The notes below the pieces were generated by a model that searched no databases, was not told the origin of the DNA, and worked only from the letters and a program-made list of their open reading frames with translations. Positions 15,743 to 24,869 of a stretch of 38,498 bases of DNA are shown piece after piece. Made by a program: the position numbers and the translations under genes. How positions within the stretch are numbered: the stretch's first letter is position 1; the number at the start of each line of letters is the position of its first letter. Location of the stretch: the sequence record SRR22947727_1191; one strand, written 5' to 3'.

Positions 15743-17746
15743 ATGGCTGAAAATTTTGATACTACTACTAAAAAATTAAAAGGACTAGAAGGAAACGCTG
15801 GTGAGGGCATAGATCCTGATGGATATGCTGATCCTGGTGATGTGTTTCCTCTTAGAGAGTACGTAAATAAGCCATCAACAAACTTTGCTGCAAGAGGAAT
15901 TAAAATCAATAATCTCTGGCTTGGTGGTGGTGATAAAGGCATTGACTTAGAGCTTGAAGAATATAGAGGATCTCAGTATCCAAAAAATCAAGTAAGAGAA
16001 ACAATATCAGGACATGTTACAGAAATAGATGATACTCCTGGTGCAGAACGCATGCTATTTAAGCACAAGACTGGAGCAGGAGTAGAGTTCAGGCCTGATG
16101 GCACAGTTATCGTATCAGCTCGTAACAACAGTATTCAAATTACAGGTGGAGATCATAAAGTTATTGTTGAAGGCAATGGCGAAATGGTTTACAATGGAAA
16201 CCTTAATTTACGAGTAGTAGGTGATTTTAATCTTGATGTCGGTTGTGATTTTAATGTTACTGTAGGCGGTGATAAAGTAGATGATATTAAAGGTGGGTAT
16301 TCACAGAACATTACTAAAAATCATCAGACAGTTATTCAGAAAAATAGATCTCAATATATTTCAGGTATCGATACTCAAGTCGTATTTGCAGATAAAAATG
16401 AAATCATAAAAGGATCATTGAATCTTAATGCAGGTGGTGTGATTGAGTATAATTCTGGCGATAGGTTTACACTAACAGCTAGAAATGAAATAGAGCAGAC
16501 CAGCCGTAACATCAACATTGCTGCAGAAAATATATCTGTAATTGGAGACAGTGGAACATTTGGCGGTGAAGAGATCGTGTACTATGGTAAAACTGCTCAT
16601 ATTCCACGAGTAAATTCTACATCGATGCATGCAACCACATTCCACGGAACATTAGAAGGTAAGGCTACATATGCAGCTGCAGCTGATCAGGCTGGTTCTG
16701 CACCACTTGGTCCTGGTGCAGGTGGTGGTACTCAGACAGTTGTAACTGCGACTGACAAAACAACAGTACAAACAAATAATCAGATTATGAGGGATTACCA
16801 ATATAATTCTAATAAAGGTATTCGTAATGTCAATATCGATCCTGGAGATGTACTGTATAAAAAAATTAATAGAGACACCGAAGTAGGTGGAATATCAAAT
16901 AGAAGGCTTACTCTTCCTGAAGTACGTAGCAAATTAAGAGATCCTAAGACTCAGCTTAATGAAACATTTGTAGGTCAAATGGTGGCTGAAGGCGTTCTGT
17001 CTTCTAATTATGTAAATGCGGCACCTTCAAAAATTGGAGATATTGTTTCTGAAGGTCCTTCTACAAGAAGAATTGGAACAAATGTTTTAGGAAATAATGT
17101 AGGAGCTGAAACAAAAAGATATAGAGGAAGCGTAATTGCCAAGGTGATGAATGTTAGCGTTGATCCAGTATATAATCCTGAATTTACTGGAAAGATAACA
17201 TCCAACACGCCACTGGCTCGAGGAATTAAACTGGCTCGATTCTTAGGCGGATATGGTGATCCAATAACATTATTGCATATTAAAGAAGAAAGTAAAAGAT
17301 TAGAAATAGCAAAACATCTTTACATGCATGCTCAAGCAGTAAGACAGGTTCAGACTCATTCAGGCAATTTTGACAACTATCGTCTTGTTGTAGCTGAAGG
17401 TGTTTATAGGCCACATGAAAATGAACAACTTACTGAAAACAGCTTTAACGATCTAGCTCAAACTGGTAGAGCTATTGTATATGAACTAAGAAACACTTAT
17501 GGAGAAGTTGCTCTTAAGAAAACATTTGAACTAGCTGATTACTGGAAAGATAACTTACAGTTTGAAACGATGGTGCTAAACTATGATACATATGATCCAT
17601 CTGGAAAACTTCATGTTCAGATCATTCTAGTAATGCCAGGATTTATTCCAGGTACTAAATACAGAGCGTATTTCAGCCAAGATATAGAAACTCGCTATAA
17701 TAATTTTGTTCAAAGTACTAACGAATTAATCGAAATAATTGAATAA
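15743..17746 (+). CDS. gp5 C-terminal part (beta-helix spike) with extra C-terminal domain
   Basis: YP.N.V.ET.SGH..EIDDTPGAER....H.TG...E..PDG followed by V.G-type beta repeats. Confidence 0.8.
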   Translation: MAENFDTTTKKLKGLEGNAGEGIDPDGYADPGDVFPLREYVNKPSTNFAARGIKINNLWLGGGDKGIDLELEEYRGSQYPKNQVRETISGHVTEIDDTPGAERMLFKHKTGAGVEFRPDGTVIVSARNNSIQITGGDHKVIVEGNGEMVYNGNLNLRVVGDFNLDVGCDFNVTVGGDKVDDIKGGYSQNITKNHQTVIQKNRSQYISGIDTQVVFADKNEIIKGSLNLNAGGVIEYNSGDRFTLTARNEIEQTSRNINIAAENISVIGDSGTFGGEEIVYYGKTAHIPRVNSTSMHATTFHGTLEGKATYAAAADQAGSAPLGPGAGGGTQTVVTATDKTTVQTNNQIMRDYQYNSNKGIRNVNIDPGDVLYKKINRDTEVGGISNRRLTLPEVRSKLRDPKTQLNETFVGQMVAEGVLSSNYVNAAPSKIGDIVSEGPSTRRIGTNVLGNNVGAETKRYRGSVIAKVMNVSVDPVYNPEFTGKITSNTPLARGIKLARFLGGYGDPITLLHIKEESKRLEIAKHLYMHAQAVRQVQTHSGNFDNYRLVVAEGVYRPHENEQLTENSFNDLAQTGRAIVYELRNTYGEVALKKTFELADYWKDNLQFETMVLNYDTYDPSGKLHVQIILVMPGFIPGTKYRAYFSQDIETRYNNFVQSTNELIEIIE

Positions 17747-17749
17747 ATA
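17742..17749 (+). promoter_or_regulatory. Late promoter variant (AATAAATA)
   Basis: One mismatch from consensus, immediately upstream of gp25. Confidence 0.5.
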
Positions 17750-17767
17750 GTAGCTAAAGAGGTATAG

Positions 17768-18214
17768 ATGGCTGTTAGAAGATCATTTGCGATAGAAGAT
17801 GGAAACCTTGGTGGCAGAACTATTTTGTCTGCTCGTACACAATCGTATTCAGATATTGATTTAACGTTTAAAGCCAAACCTTCTGGAGACGTTTACAAAA
17901 AAACAAATGCAGCAGATGTTAAACAGGCTGTAAAGAATATTCTTTTGACCAATAAAAATGAAAAACCTTTTCTCATGGATTTTGGTGGAAGTTTAAGTGA
18001 TTACTTATTCGAACTAGATAATGACCTTGAAATTGATATAATGCGATCTCGTATTATAGAAACAATAGAAATATACGAGCCTAGAGCCCAAGTTCTAGAC
18101 GTAGATCTACTGTACGCTGAAGGAAGTAATGCAGTAAACGTAACAGTAACTTTTCAAATAGTAAATTCATCAGAGATAATATCATTTGATTTATCGTTAA
18201 CGAGGCTTAGGTAA
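17768..18214 (+). CDS. gp25: Baseplate wedge / sheath initiator gp25
   Basis: YSDIDL.F, VKQAVKNILLT...EKPF..DFG..L..YLFE, YEPR, L.RLR. Confidence 0.93.
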   Translation: MAVRRSFAIEDGNLGGRTILSARTQSYSDIDLTFKAKPSGDVYKKTNAADVKQAVKNILLTNKNEKPFLMDFGGSLSDYLFELDNDLEIDIMRSRIIETIEIYEPRAQVLDVDLLYAEGSNAVNVTVTFQIVNSSEIISFDLSLTRLR

Positions 18215-20067
18215 TGGCTAAAACAGTAAAATCCGCGGATCTTGACTTTAACACGATTAAAGCAAGATTAAAAGATTATTTTAAATCAAAATCAGAATTT
18301 TCAAGTTATGATTTTGACGGAGCTGGTCTTGATAATCTTTTAGATGTTTTAGCATATAACACTCACCTCAATGCTTTAACAGCAAACTTCTCAATCAATG
18401 AATCATTTCTAACTACTTCACAGCTTCGAAGCTCTATGGTGTCTCATGCTCAAGGGTTAGGTTATACTATTAGATCACGAAAATCATCAAAAGCTGCACT
18501 AAATCTATCTCTTAATTTGTCAGGAGTTGTTAATCGACCTGCAACTATTAGACTTGCTAAGGACACTACATTTTCAAGTTCTGTCGATAATACCTCTTTT
18601 ACATTTAGAACTCTAGAAGAATACGTTGCAAAAGACGATGGAACTGGTTCATATGTTTTCAAGACTGAAAGTGGATCTGATCAGATTCCTGTTTATGAAG
18701 GAACAAGAAAAAGAAAAACATTTATTGCCGGTGAAAAGAATGAAAGACAATTGTATGTGATTCCTGATGAAACAATTGATAGAACTACTGCAACTGTTAA
18801 TGTTTTTGATACTAGTACATCACAGTCGTTTATTAGTTATGTTCCTCTTGAAGAAGCTATTCAAATCAATGCAAACACTACGGTATATAGCATTTCAGAA
18901 GTTCCTAATGGATTTTATGAAATCAACTTTGGCGATGGTACTTCATTTGGTAAATCGCCTGAACCCGGTGAAAAAATAGTAGTTGATTATATTTCAACTA
19001 AAGGCCCTTTAGCAAATGATGCTACTCTTTTTATACCTACATCAGATATTACTATCAATGGAGTAGATTATTCTCTTATTACAGTGACGGCAGTCGAGTC
19101 ATCTGGTGGAGCCGATAAACAGACTATTGAATCAATTCGTCAACTTGCTCCTATTGCATTTGCTTCCCAGAAAAGACTCGTTACTTCTCTTGATTATAAA
19201 GCAATGATTGAGACTAATTTTCCTCAAGTAAGAGATGCTTCTGTGTGGAGCGGAGATCAGAATGTTCCTATTGATTATGGTGCAGTATACATGTCCCTTA
19301 ATTTTGAGCCAGGAATATCTTCAGCAGTTCAACAAACAGTAAAAGATGCTATCACTACAAATTATACTAATAATCTTGCTGTCATGTCAATGACTCCTAA
19401 GTTTGTGGATCCTGTTTACGTCTTTCTTGAATGTAATGTTCAATTTGATTTTGATCCTGCATTAACTGGTAATACCCTAGCTCAAACTGAAGAGAATATT
19501 TATCAGTATATTGTCAAATACTTCAATACAAATCTAAATACTTTTGATAGAGTATTTAGAAAATCAAATATGCTTACCGAAATTGATGCACTCGATGCTT
19601 CTATTCTGTCTACAACTATTGACGTAAAAGTTCAAATGAGACAAGATGTGACCACCGGCATCGAAAATGTATTTGACTTATCTTACCCATGTAAAATAGC
19701 TACACCTGATGATGTTTTCTATAGAGTGCAGTCAACAACCTTTAGTTATTTTACTGGCGGAAGTAATATTATTGCACAAGTTAAAAATAGATTAAACAGC
19801 ACTGTTCTTCAAATTGTAGATTTAGACGGAGTTGTATTGTTAGATAACTGTGGTCAGTACAGCGCAGATGATGGAACAATTAGCATATCAAATCTAAATC
19901 CTGCACGAGTGACTGGAGGCGTAGACTTCTTGAAATTTGCAGTAACTCCACAGAATGAAAACACTGTTCGTCCTCTTAGAAATTACATACTTACACTTGA
20001 TAGATCCGAGTCTTCATCGACTGCAAAACCAGACAGACAAACAACATCGCTTGAAGTAATTCTATAA
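18214..20067 (+). CDS. gp6: Baseplate wedge subunit gp6
   Basis: LDF..IK..LK.Y......F..YDF.G.GL..LLDVLAYNTH, NESFL...QLRSS.VSHA..LGY, Q.RLVT..DY. Confidence 0.95.
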   Translation: MAKTVKSADLDFNTIKARLKDYFKSKSEFSSYDFDGAGLDNLLDVLAYNTHLNALTANFSINESFLTTSQLRSSMVSHAQGLGYTIRSRKSSKAALNLSLNLSGVVNRPATIRLAKDTTFSSSVDNTSFTFRTLEEYVAKDDGTGSYVFKTESGSDQIPVYEGTRKRKTFIAGEKNERQLYVIPDETIDRTTATVNVFDTSTSQSFISYVPLEEAIQINANTTVYSISEVPNGFYEINFGDGTSFGKSPEPGEKIVVDYISTKGPLANDATLFIPTSDITINGVDYSLITVTAVESSGGADKQTIESIRQLAPIAFASQKRLVTSLDYKAMIETNFPQVRDASVWSGDQNVPIDYGAVYMSLNFEPGISSAVQQTVKDAITTNYTNNLAVMSMTPKFVDPVYVFLECNVQFDFDPALTGNTLAQTEENIYQYIVKYFNTNLNTFDRVFRKSNMLTEIDALDASILSTTIDVKVQMRQDVTTGIENVFDLSYPCKIATPDDVFYRVQSTTFSYFTGGSNIIAQVKNRLNSTVLQIVDLDGVVLLDNCGQYSADDGTISISNLNPARVTGGVDFLKFAVTPQNENTVRPLRNYILTLDRSESSSTAKPDRQTTSLEVIL

Positions 20068-21152
20068 TGTCAATATTTGATAATTCAGAAACCCTTAGAG
20101 ATTATAATAGACTTCAACCAAACTTTAGAAAAAGTATGGTTTCTGAAGCATTTCCGGAACATTATGCACAAGCATATCCTAATCTCGTAAATTTTTTCGA
20201 AAGGTATTATGAATATCTTGATTCAGACGAGCAATGGGGCGGTATTATTAATGAGATCGCAACAGTACGAGATGTTGAAGACACTACACTTGCAAGGTTA
20301 GATTTTCTTTTAGATGAAATTGGTCTCGGCGTTGCTCATGGTCAATTCACGTTTCCACGTGAAGCTGCTAAAAACATGGGTAATTTTTTTAGAGTTAAGG
20401 GTACTCAATATTCTGGTTATGGGTTTTTTAGAGGGTTTTATGATGAGACAGCAGAGATTCAATATCCTAAGAAAGATATTTTCACACTAGGAACAGAAGG
20501 CCATAATCTAGGGTACGATTATGGTAAAGTTCTGCAAAATGGTAAAGAGTATCAAGTATTCTCTACTATGATTAAGACTCCTATTGCACTTAACACTTGG
20601 GAAACTCTGTATCGTAAATTTGTACATCCGGCTGGCTTTTATTTGGCATCACAAGTAGAAGTTGTCGGTATCGGTATTGTTGGTATTACAACTGCAGAAT
20701 CTTTCTTCGATCCAAGAGCAGATATCGAAGACATCTTTACAAATACACCGTACCCATATCAGCCATTGACTTCTGGTGATGTAACACTTCTCATTCCAGA
20801 TGATAAAGGCGGAATTGCACTTGCACATCCTGATGATTCGTCTCTAACTACAGGTCATCCGTTCGGTGTATCACCTGATTTTGCAGAAGAAAGAATGAAT
20901 CCATATAGAACAGTTCAACTATATGGCATGAATACACCTATCAATATCTTGATGACATACTACAAAGACATCAAAGAGTTTGGTGCATATGATCTTACAT
21001 TTGATGCATTCCTTAATATTAGAACTTACGCACAGTCTGGCTATGTAACTCAAGGTTATGCTCAGAACGTCAGCCAAGCAATGAGAATGTCTAGCACAAT
21101 CAATACCTTCGATCAGGTAAGATATATCGGATATGATAGCGCAGGTGAGTAA
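20067..21152 (+). CDS. Baseplate wedge subunit, gp7-like (short)
   Basis: YP.LV.F...YYEYL, F...KGT......FFR.FY, FVHPAGF; follows gp6. Confidence 0.7.
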   Translation: MSIFDNSETLRDYNRLQPNFRKSMVSEAFPEHYAQAYPNLVNFFERYYEYLDSDEQWGGIINEIATVRDVEDTTLARLDFLLDEIGLGVAHGQFTFPREAAKNMGNFFRVKGTQYSGYGFFRGFYDETAEIQYPKKDIFTLGTEGHNLGYDYGKVLQNGKEYQVFSTMIKTPIALNTWETLYRKFVHPAGFYLASQVEVVGIGIVGITTAESFFDPRADIEDIFTNTPYPYQPLTSGDVTLLIPDDKGGIALAHPDDSSLTTGHPFGVSPDFAEERMNPYRTVQLYGMNTPINILMTYYKDIKEFGAYDLTFDAFLNIRTYAQSGYVTQGYAQNVSQAMRMSSTINTFDQVRYIGYDSAGE

Positions 21153-21158
21153 AACTAT

Positions 21159-21166
21159 TATAAATA
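21159..21166 (+). promoter_or_regulatory. Late promoter
   Basis: Exact intergenic TATAAATA. Confidence 0.8.
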
Positions 21167-21193
21167 ACAGTAATCTATTTTGTAGGATTAGCG

Positions 21194-23485
21194 ATGCCAC
21201 GTAAAATAATAAGCACAGGTACTTTTGGAAATGACGGAACCGGCGATGATCTAAGAACCGCCGGCGGAAAAATTAATGATAATTTCCAAGAACTTTATAA
21301 CGATATTGCTAGTTTAACACTGGCAACAGGCGGTTCATCATCATTTAGCGGAATACAATTTGCAAGCGATTCTGTAAATGGTCCTTACATTGTTTTTGAA
21401 GGTGCTACTGCTGATTCTTATGAGACACAGCTTGGAGTTATTGATCCTACTGTAGATAGGACAGTTCTTTTACCTGATGCATCTGGCACAGTAGCACTTA
21501 CATCAGATATTAATAGAAATTCTATTCTTCGTATTAAAAACAATAGCGGTGAGCTAATTGATTCTAGCATTGCTATCAATCTTATTCGAAAATATTCTAT
21601 TGACTCTGCTGAATTAGCAGCTTTGTCAGTTGATTCTGCTTTAGTCATTCAATTAGTTGATTCTTCATACATTCAAGCAAGAGTTACATTGCCGAATCTC
21701 GATTCTGCCATTGTGTTAAAATTGATTGATGTAAACAGTGTTGACTCTGATGAATTGGAAGATATAGTAGATTCTGGTTACGTTGCGCTAAGACAAAGCT
21801 ACGATTATAATCTTTTGGAAAACAAGCCAAGCATTCTTGATTCTGGTCACGTTAAGAGCCTTATGGACTCTGCTACAGTCAAACCGCTGATAGGTATGCC
21901 AATCGCTTTCGATACTATTGATAGTGCTGTGCAATGGGGTACAAGAAATCTTACTACGCCATTCTTAAGACCTACTGTCGACAGTTCAGTTGATATTGGT
22001 ACAAGCTCACTGAAATTTAGAGATGCTTATATTGGTGGCCACATATACACCGGTGGAATTAGACCACTTGCTGATAGCACATATGATATTGGTGATTCGA
22101 ATCACAGATTTAAAGATTTATATCTGTCAGGCAGTACAATTTATCTTGGTGATGTTAAGCTTAAAGCTGAACAGGCTGGATCTGCTCTTAAAGTATATGA
22201 TGCAACTGATACTGAAATTTCATTCGGCGGTCTTAACCAAGCTCAGGTAGATGCTCGAATTACATTGAATACAAATGATTATGCAACTGAAGCAGAAGCA
22301 TCAGCTTATGCCGATAGCGCGATCAATAAACATTTACCTATTGGCCAAGCCGGCGAAATGCTCTTGTATCAAGACAATAATACGAGAACATTAAAGAGAA
22401 CTAAGTTATTCTCAGTCAATGATAAGTTTGTAGAATTTTATGATGAACTTTTAGAAGAACAATCCGACGCACCTACACTTCAGGATGTGTTTAATACTTG
22501 GTCAAGATTTTCTCATGACAACAGCGGTATATATCCTGCAAACGCATCTGAAATGAATGCTTGGGTTTATAACTCCGGTCCAAATACAATATCTCAACCA
22601 TTAAATACTGGTACCGCAACTGGATTCTATTCTTTTGAGAAATATGAAGGCTATACGCACACTGCAAGATTTACATCTACAGATGCAGACAATGATATTG
22701 GATTTATGGTCATTGGCTTTGTAATTGATGGCGGAATAGAACATACGCTTACTGCAGTAAGACAGTCTAACGGCGGGATCAATGGCATTGGAACATGGGC
22801 TCTTGTTTATAATATCGGTCAAACAAGCCAAGCAATATTAGTGAATAACTCGTCAACAGCCCCAGGAAGTGGTGGTTGGAGCCAATGGACTAATGGTACT
22901 ACGATCTCTGCTGTGAAGAGTGGTAAAGATCTTACAGTTACAACTTCTCAGTTTAATAATACGTCACTTGACAATTCTACGGATATTACATTTGATCTAT
23001 CATCAGATTCACGTACATCTAGATTTGTAGGTCCTGTGCCATATGGTTATGGTGCTCAGAGCCAAGGCGGCCTGACAGTTAGTAATATTTCTTTTGTCGC
23101 GGATGATGCAGAAAGACTTTATTGGTTAGACAGCTCAGGTACATTTGTATATGAATATGATGGTTCTCTAGTACAATGGGTAGCAAATGATGCAGCAGGC
23201 TTAGATTCTGCAACTGGAAATATCTTCCACAATAATAAGACAGGTAGAACCTATTATATTGATGGTGATTCAGCACATGCTATTGGATCAGTAAGACAAT
23301 TTAACGATGTAATTTATCAAAGGCCAGTAAATAGACTACCAGACTCAGACATGATCGGAGATCTAGGGTTAAGAGCAGGAATGTTTGCGACAGCAGACGG
23401 AGTTAATTGGGACCCTGCAGGTAAAAGTGGATCAGTACCATACCCAGTATTTTGGGATGGAGCCACGTGGAACGCATTATATTAA
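21194..23485 (+). CDS. Tail fibre/connector with gp9/gp10-like N-terminus and Asp-Ser repeats
   Basis: I..G...NDGTGD.LR.AG.KIN.NF.ELY; P..DS..DIG....RF.D.Y fibre repeats; about 21 DS dipeptides. Confidence 0.75.
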   Translation: MPRKIISTGTFGNDGTGDDLRTAGGKINDNFQELYNDIASLTLATGGSSSFSGIQFASDSVNGPYIVFEGATADSYETQLGVIDPTVDRTVLLPDASGTVALTSDINRNSILRIKNNSGELIDSSIAINLIRKYSIDSAELAALSVDSALVIQLVDSSYIQARVTLPNLDSAIVLKLIDVNSVDSDELEDIVDSGYVALRQSYDYNLLENKPSILDSGHVKSLMDSATVKPLIGMPIAFDTIDSAVQWGTRNLTTPFLRPTVDSSVDIGTSSLKFRDAYIGGHIYTGGIRPLADSTYDIGDSNHRFKDLYLSGSTIYLGDVKLKAEQAGSALKVYDATDTEISFGGLNQAQVDARITLNTNDYATEAEASAYADSAINKHLPIGQAGEMLLYQDNNTRTLKRTKLFSVNDKFVEFYDELLEEQSDAPTLQDVFNTWSRFSHDNSGIYPANASEMNAWVYNSGPNTISQPLNTGTATGFYSFEKYEGYTHTARFTSTDADNDIGFMVIGFVIDGGIEHTLTAVRQSNGGINGIGTWALVYNIGQTSQAILVNNSSTAPGSGGWSQWTNGTTISAVKSGKDLTVTTSQFNNTSLDNSTDITFDLSSDSRTSRFVGPVPYGYGAQSQGGLTVSNISFVADDAERLYWLDSSGTFVYEYDGSLVQWVANDAAGLDSATGNIFHNNKTGRTYYIDGDSAHAIGSVRQFNDVIYQRPVNRLPDSDMIGDLGLRAGMFATADGVNWDPAGKSGSVPYPVFWDGATWNALY

Positions 23486-23496
23486 GGAAATAAGAA

Positions 23497-24858
23497 ATGC
23501 CAGCTATTATTACAGATGAACTTAAACAACTTATTGCTCGAGATTTCTTCGATCAGTTTGTGCTTGGTACTGCTGATTACTATGCTGGTATCGGCCGCTC
23601 CGAGCAGTGGGATAGCCAAGACACAGTTCCTATTCCAGTCAATACACCAGGTGAAATTGAGAAATTCCAAAATAGCCTTCAAGCTGTAAAGAAAATTGAA
23701 GGTGTATCTCAGGTTGTTCCTCGTAATAATTGGTCAAGTGGTCAAATTTATTCACAGTTTGATGATTTGCAAGCTGGTTATCCAGCGAATGCTTACTATG
23801 TCATGAACTCAAATAATCATGTTTACATGTGTCTTGAGACAGGTAGAAATCTATTTGGTGTTGCTGTTCCTTCTACCGTTGAGCCAACAGGATCTAACTT
23901 AAAGTCATTTAGACTTGCTGATGGATATGTTTGGAAATTTCTTTATACTATTAGTGCAGCAAGAGCTAATGACTTTATGTCTTCTAACTTTATGCCTGTA
24001 CAAAAACAAGGGCTAACTGATTCTAACTCAACTGGCATTCAACTGCAACAAGAAGAAGTGCAAGATGCTGCAGTAGCAGGAGAAGTTCTTAACATTATCC
24101 TTGTAGATGGTGGTGTTGGATACACGTCAAATCCTAATATCACTATTACTGGAACTGGCTTAGGTGCTCGAGCAGTATGCGATATCGACTCGGCTACTGG
24201 TGAACTTGTAAGAATTCGTATGTCAGACAGTGGTGCGTTTAACCATGTTGTACACGGCGCTGGATACACAAGAGCAAAAGTTACTATCACCGGAGGTGGT
24301 GCAACTGTTGATGCTAAGGCTAGAGCAGTGATTGGCACTAATGATTCAGGTGTAGGTAGAGATCCTCGTATTGATCTTAAATCTGCTGGCATCATGTTCC
24401 ACTCTAAACTTGAAGGTTTTGATAGTGATTTGATTATTGATCAAGACTTTAGACAGGTTGGTCTTATTAGAAATCCTAAAGATTATGCTGGATCTAAATT
24501 CACTCGTACTACAGGCAGTGCGCTAAAGCGTATGGAGTTATCAAGCATTATCACAGCGTTTACTCAAGACAAGATTATGGAAGGTGCTACATCACTGGCA
24601 CAAGCATATATTGATGAGGTTGATAGTAATGGACTTTACTATCACCAAACTTCTGTAACTGGATTTGATGATTTCGTCGATGGCGAGTTGGTAGAAGAAA
24701 TTAATGGAGCTGGTGAAGGTATTATCGATTCAGCTCATCAGCCTGGCACTCCTGAAGTTGATCCTATGTCTGGAGCAGTCTTATACATAGATAATAGAGG
24801 ACCTATTGAAAGATCAGCTGCTCAGTCAGAAGACATTAAGATTATTATTCAATTCTAA
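23497..24858 (+). CDS. gp8: Baseplate wedge subunit gp8
   Basis: MPAIITD, VVPR.NW..G..Y, YYVMN....VY.CL, DGYVWKFLYTI, FRQVGLI.NP, SG.VLYIDNR..I.R...Q.EDIKIIIQF. Confidence 0.9.
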   Translation: MPAIITDELKQLIARDFFDQFVLGTADYYAGIGRSEQWDSQDTVPIPVNTPGEIEKFQNSLQAVKKIEGVSQVVPRNNWSSGQIYSQFDDLQAGYPANAYYVMNSNNHVYMCLETGRNLFGVAVPSTVEPTGSNLKSFRLADGYVWKFLYTISAARANDFMSSNFMPVQKQGLTDSNSTGIQLQQEEVQDAAVAGEVLNIILVDGGVGYTSNPNITITGTGLGARAVCDIDSATGELVRIRMSDSGAFNHVVHGAGYTRAKVTITGGGATVDAKARAVIGTNDSGVGRDPRIDLKSAGIMFHSKLEGFDSDLIIDQDFRQVGLIRNPKDYAGSKFTRTTGSALKRMELSSIITAFTQDKIMEGATSLAQAYIDEVDSNGLYYHQTSVTGFDDFVDGELVEEINGAGEGIIDSAHQPGTPEVDPMSGAVLYIDNRGPIERSAAQSEDIKIIIQF

Positions 24859-24869
24859 GGGAATAAAGA

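Noticed and set aside
21194-22400. DS motifs as acyl-carrier phosphopantetheine sites (GxDSL)
   Set aside because: No ACP-like four-helix context, and spacing and flanks do not match.
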